From an uncultured Candidatus Rokubacteria bacterium (lineage in GTDB: Bacteria > Methylomirabilota > Methylomirabilia > Rokubacteriales > CSP1-6), in NCBI GenBank assembly GCA_963762145.1, contig CAVXJS010000009.1, positions 672,001 to 736,000 of the forward strand: a stretch of 64,000 nt of DNA, written 5' to 3'. This document shows positions 63,674 to 64,000 of this stretch, in pieces. The notes beneath the pieces were generated by a model. The model had not been told where the DNA came from and made no database searches. It worked only from the letters and a program-made list of their open reading frames with translations. Position numbers and translations under genes: made by a program. Positions within the stretch are counted from its first letter, which is position 1; every line of letters begins with the position of its first letter.

Positions 63674-64000
63674 TCATCGGGCCGTCGAGTCTAGCGCGGG
63701 CTTGCGGGTGTGCCAGGTCGGTGACCTGCTGGTAGGCGTGGGCGGCGCGCAGCAGGGTCGCCTCGTCGAAGGCGCGGCCGATGAGCTGCAGTCCGATCGG
63801 GCAGGCCGGTCTGCGGTGAAGCCGCCCGGGACCGAGATGCCGGGCAGCCCGGCCAGGTTCACCGGGATCGTGAAGATGTCGTTCAGGTACATCTGGCATC
63901 GGGTCTTCCTTCTCGCCCATCTTGAACGCCACCCCGGGCGTGGTGGGCGCCACGATCACGTCCACGCGCGCGAAGGCCTGCTCGAAGTCGCGCCGCACCA
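63674..64000 (-). CDS. gatA: Asp/Glu-tRNA amidotransferase subunit A, 3' end, with several indels
   Basis: [54 protein letters not shown]. Confidence 0.92.

Noticed and set aside
55913-64000. tsaD, deacetylase, gatB and gatA as pseudogenes
   Set aside because: Mostly essential genes with otherwise intact motifs; isolated indels are best explained by read or assembly error.

Overview
GC-rich bacterial chromosome window. Gene content and repeat styles suggest Ca. Rokubacteria/Methylomirabilota, but that is an inference. It has two halves. About 1-32.5 kb is a mosaic accessory region: a sigma54 two-component module, remnants of an antiporter, an integrase and a cupin, sucAB-lpdA, an FtsH, many small stress-type genes, a FixL-like GAF kinase, two MlaC paralogues, an AI-2E transporter, xfp and sixA. 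About 32.5-64 kb is mostly core or metabolic: peptide ABC transporter, hppA, HU, dacA, ggt, TPP riboswitch-thiC, ntrBC, tsaD, ctpA-envC-ftsXE and gatB/gatA. Best novel signals: (1) a local regulon in which a TGGAC-N4-GTCCA palindrome sits 31.5-32.5 bp upstream of a -10 hexamer at six gene-facing promoters (plus one antisense-facing one), next to a kinase whose partner regulator appears deleted; (2) one target is a rhodanese-CBS protein with an in-frame TGA at a Cys-like position followed by a SECIS-like hairpin (probable selenoprotein); (3) a family of CxxC...HxxC zinc-finger microproteins, one fused to a pseudo-receiver; (4) paired GACAAnTTGTC enhancers about 100 bp upstream of two sigma54 promoters flanking a sigma54 two-component operon. 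Single-base frameshifts in housekeeping genes (tsaD, gatB, gatA, sucA) suggest sequencing indels, so pseudogene calls are cautious. No tRNA, rRNA or CRISPR array was recognised.
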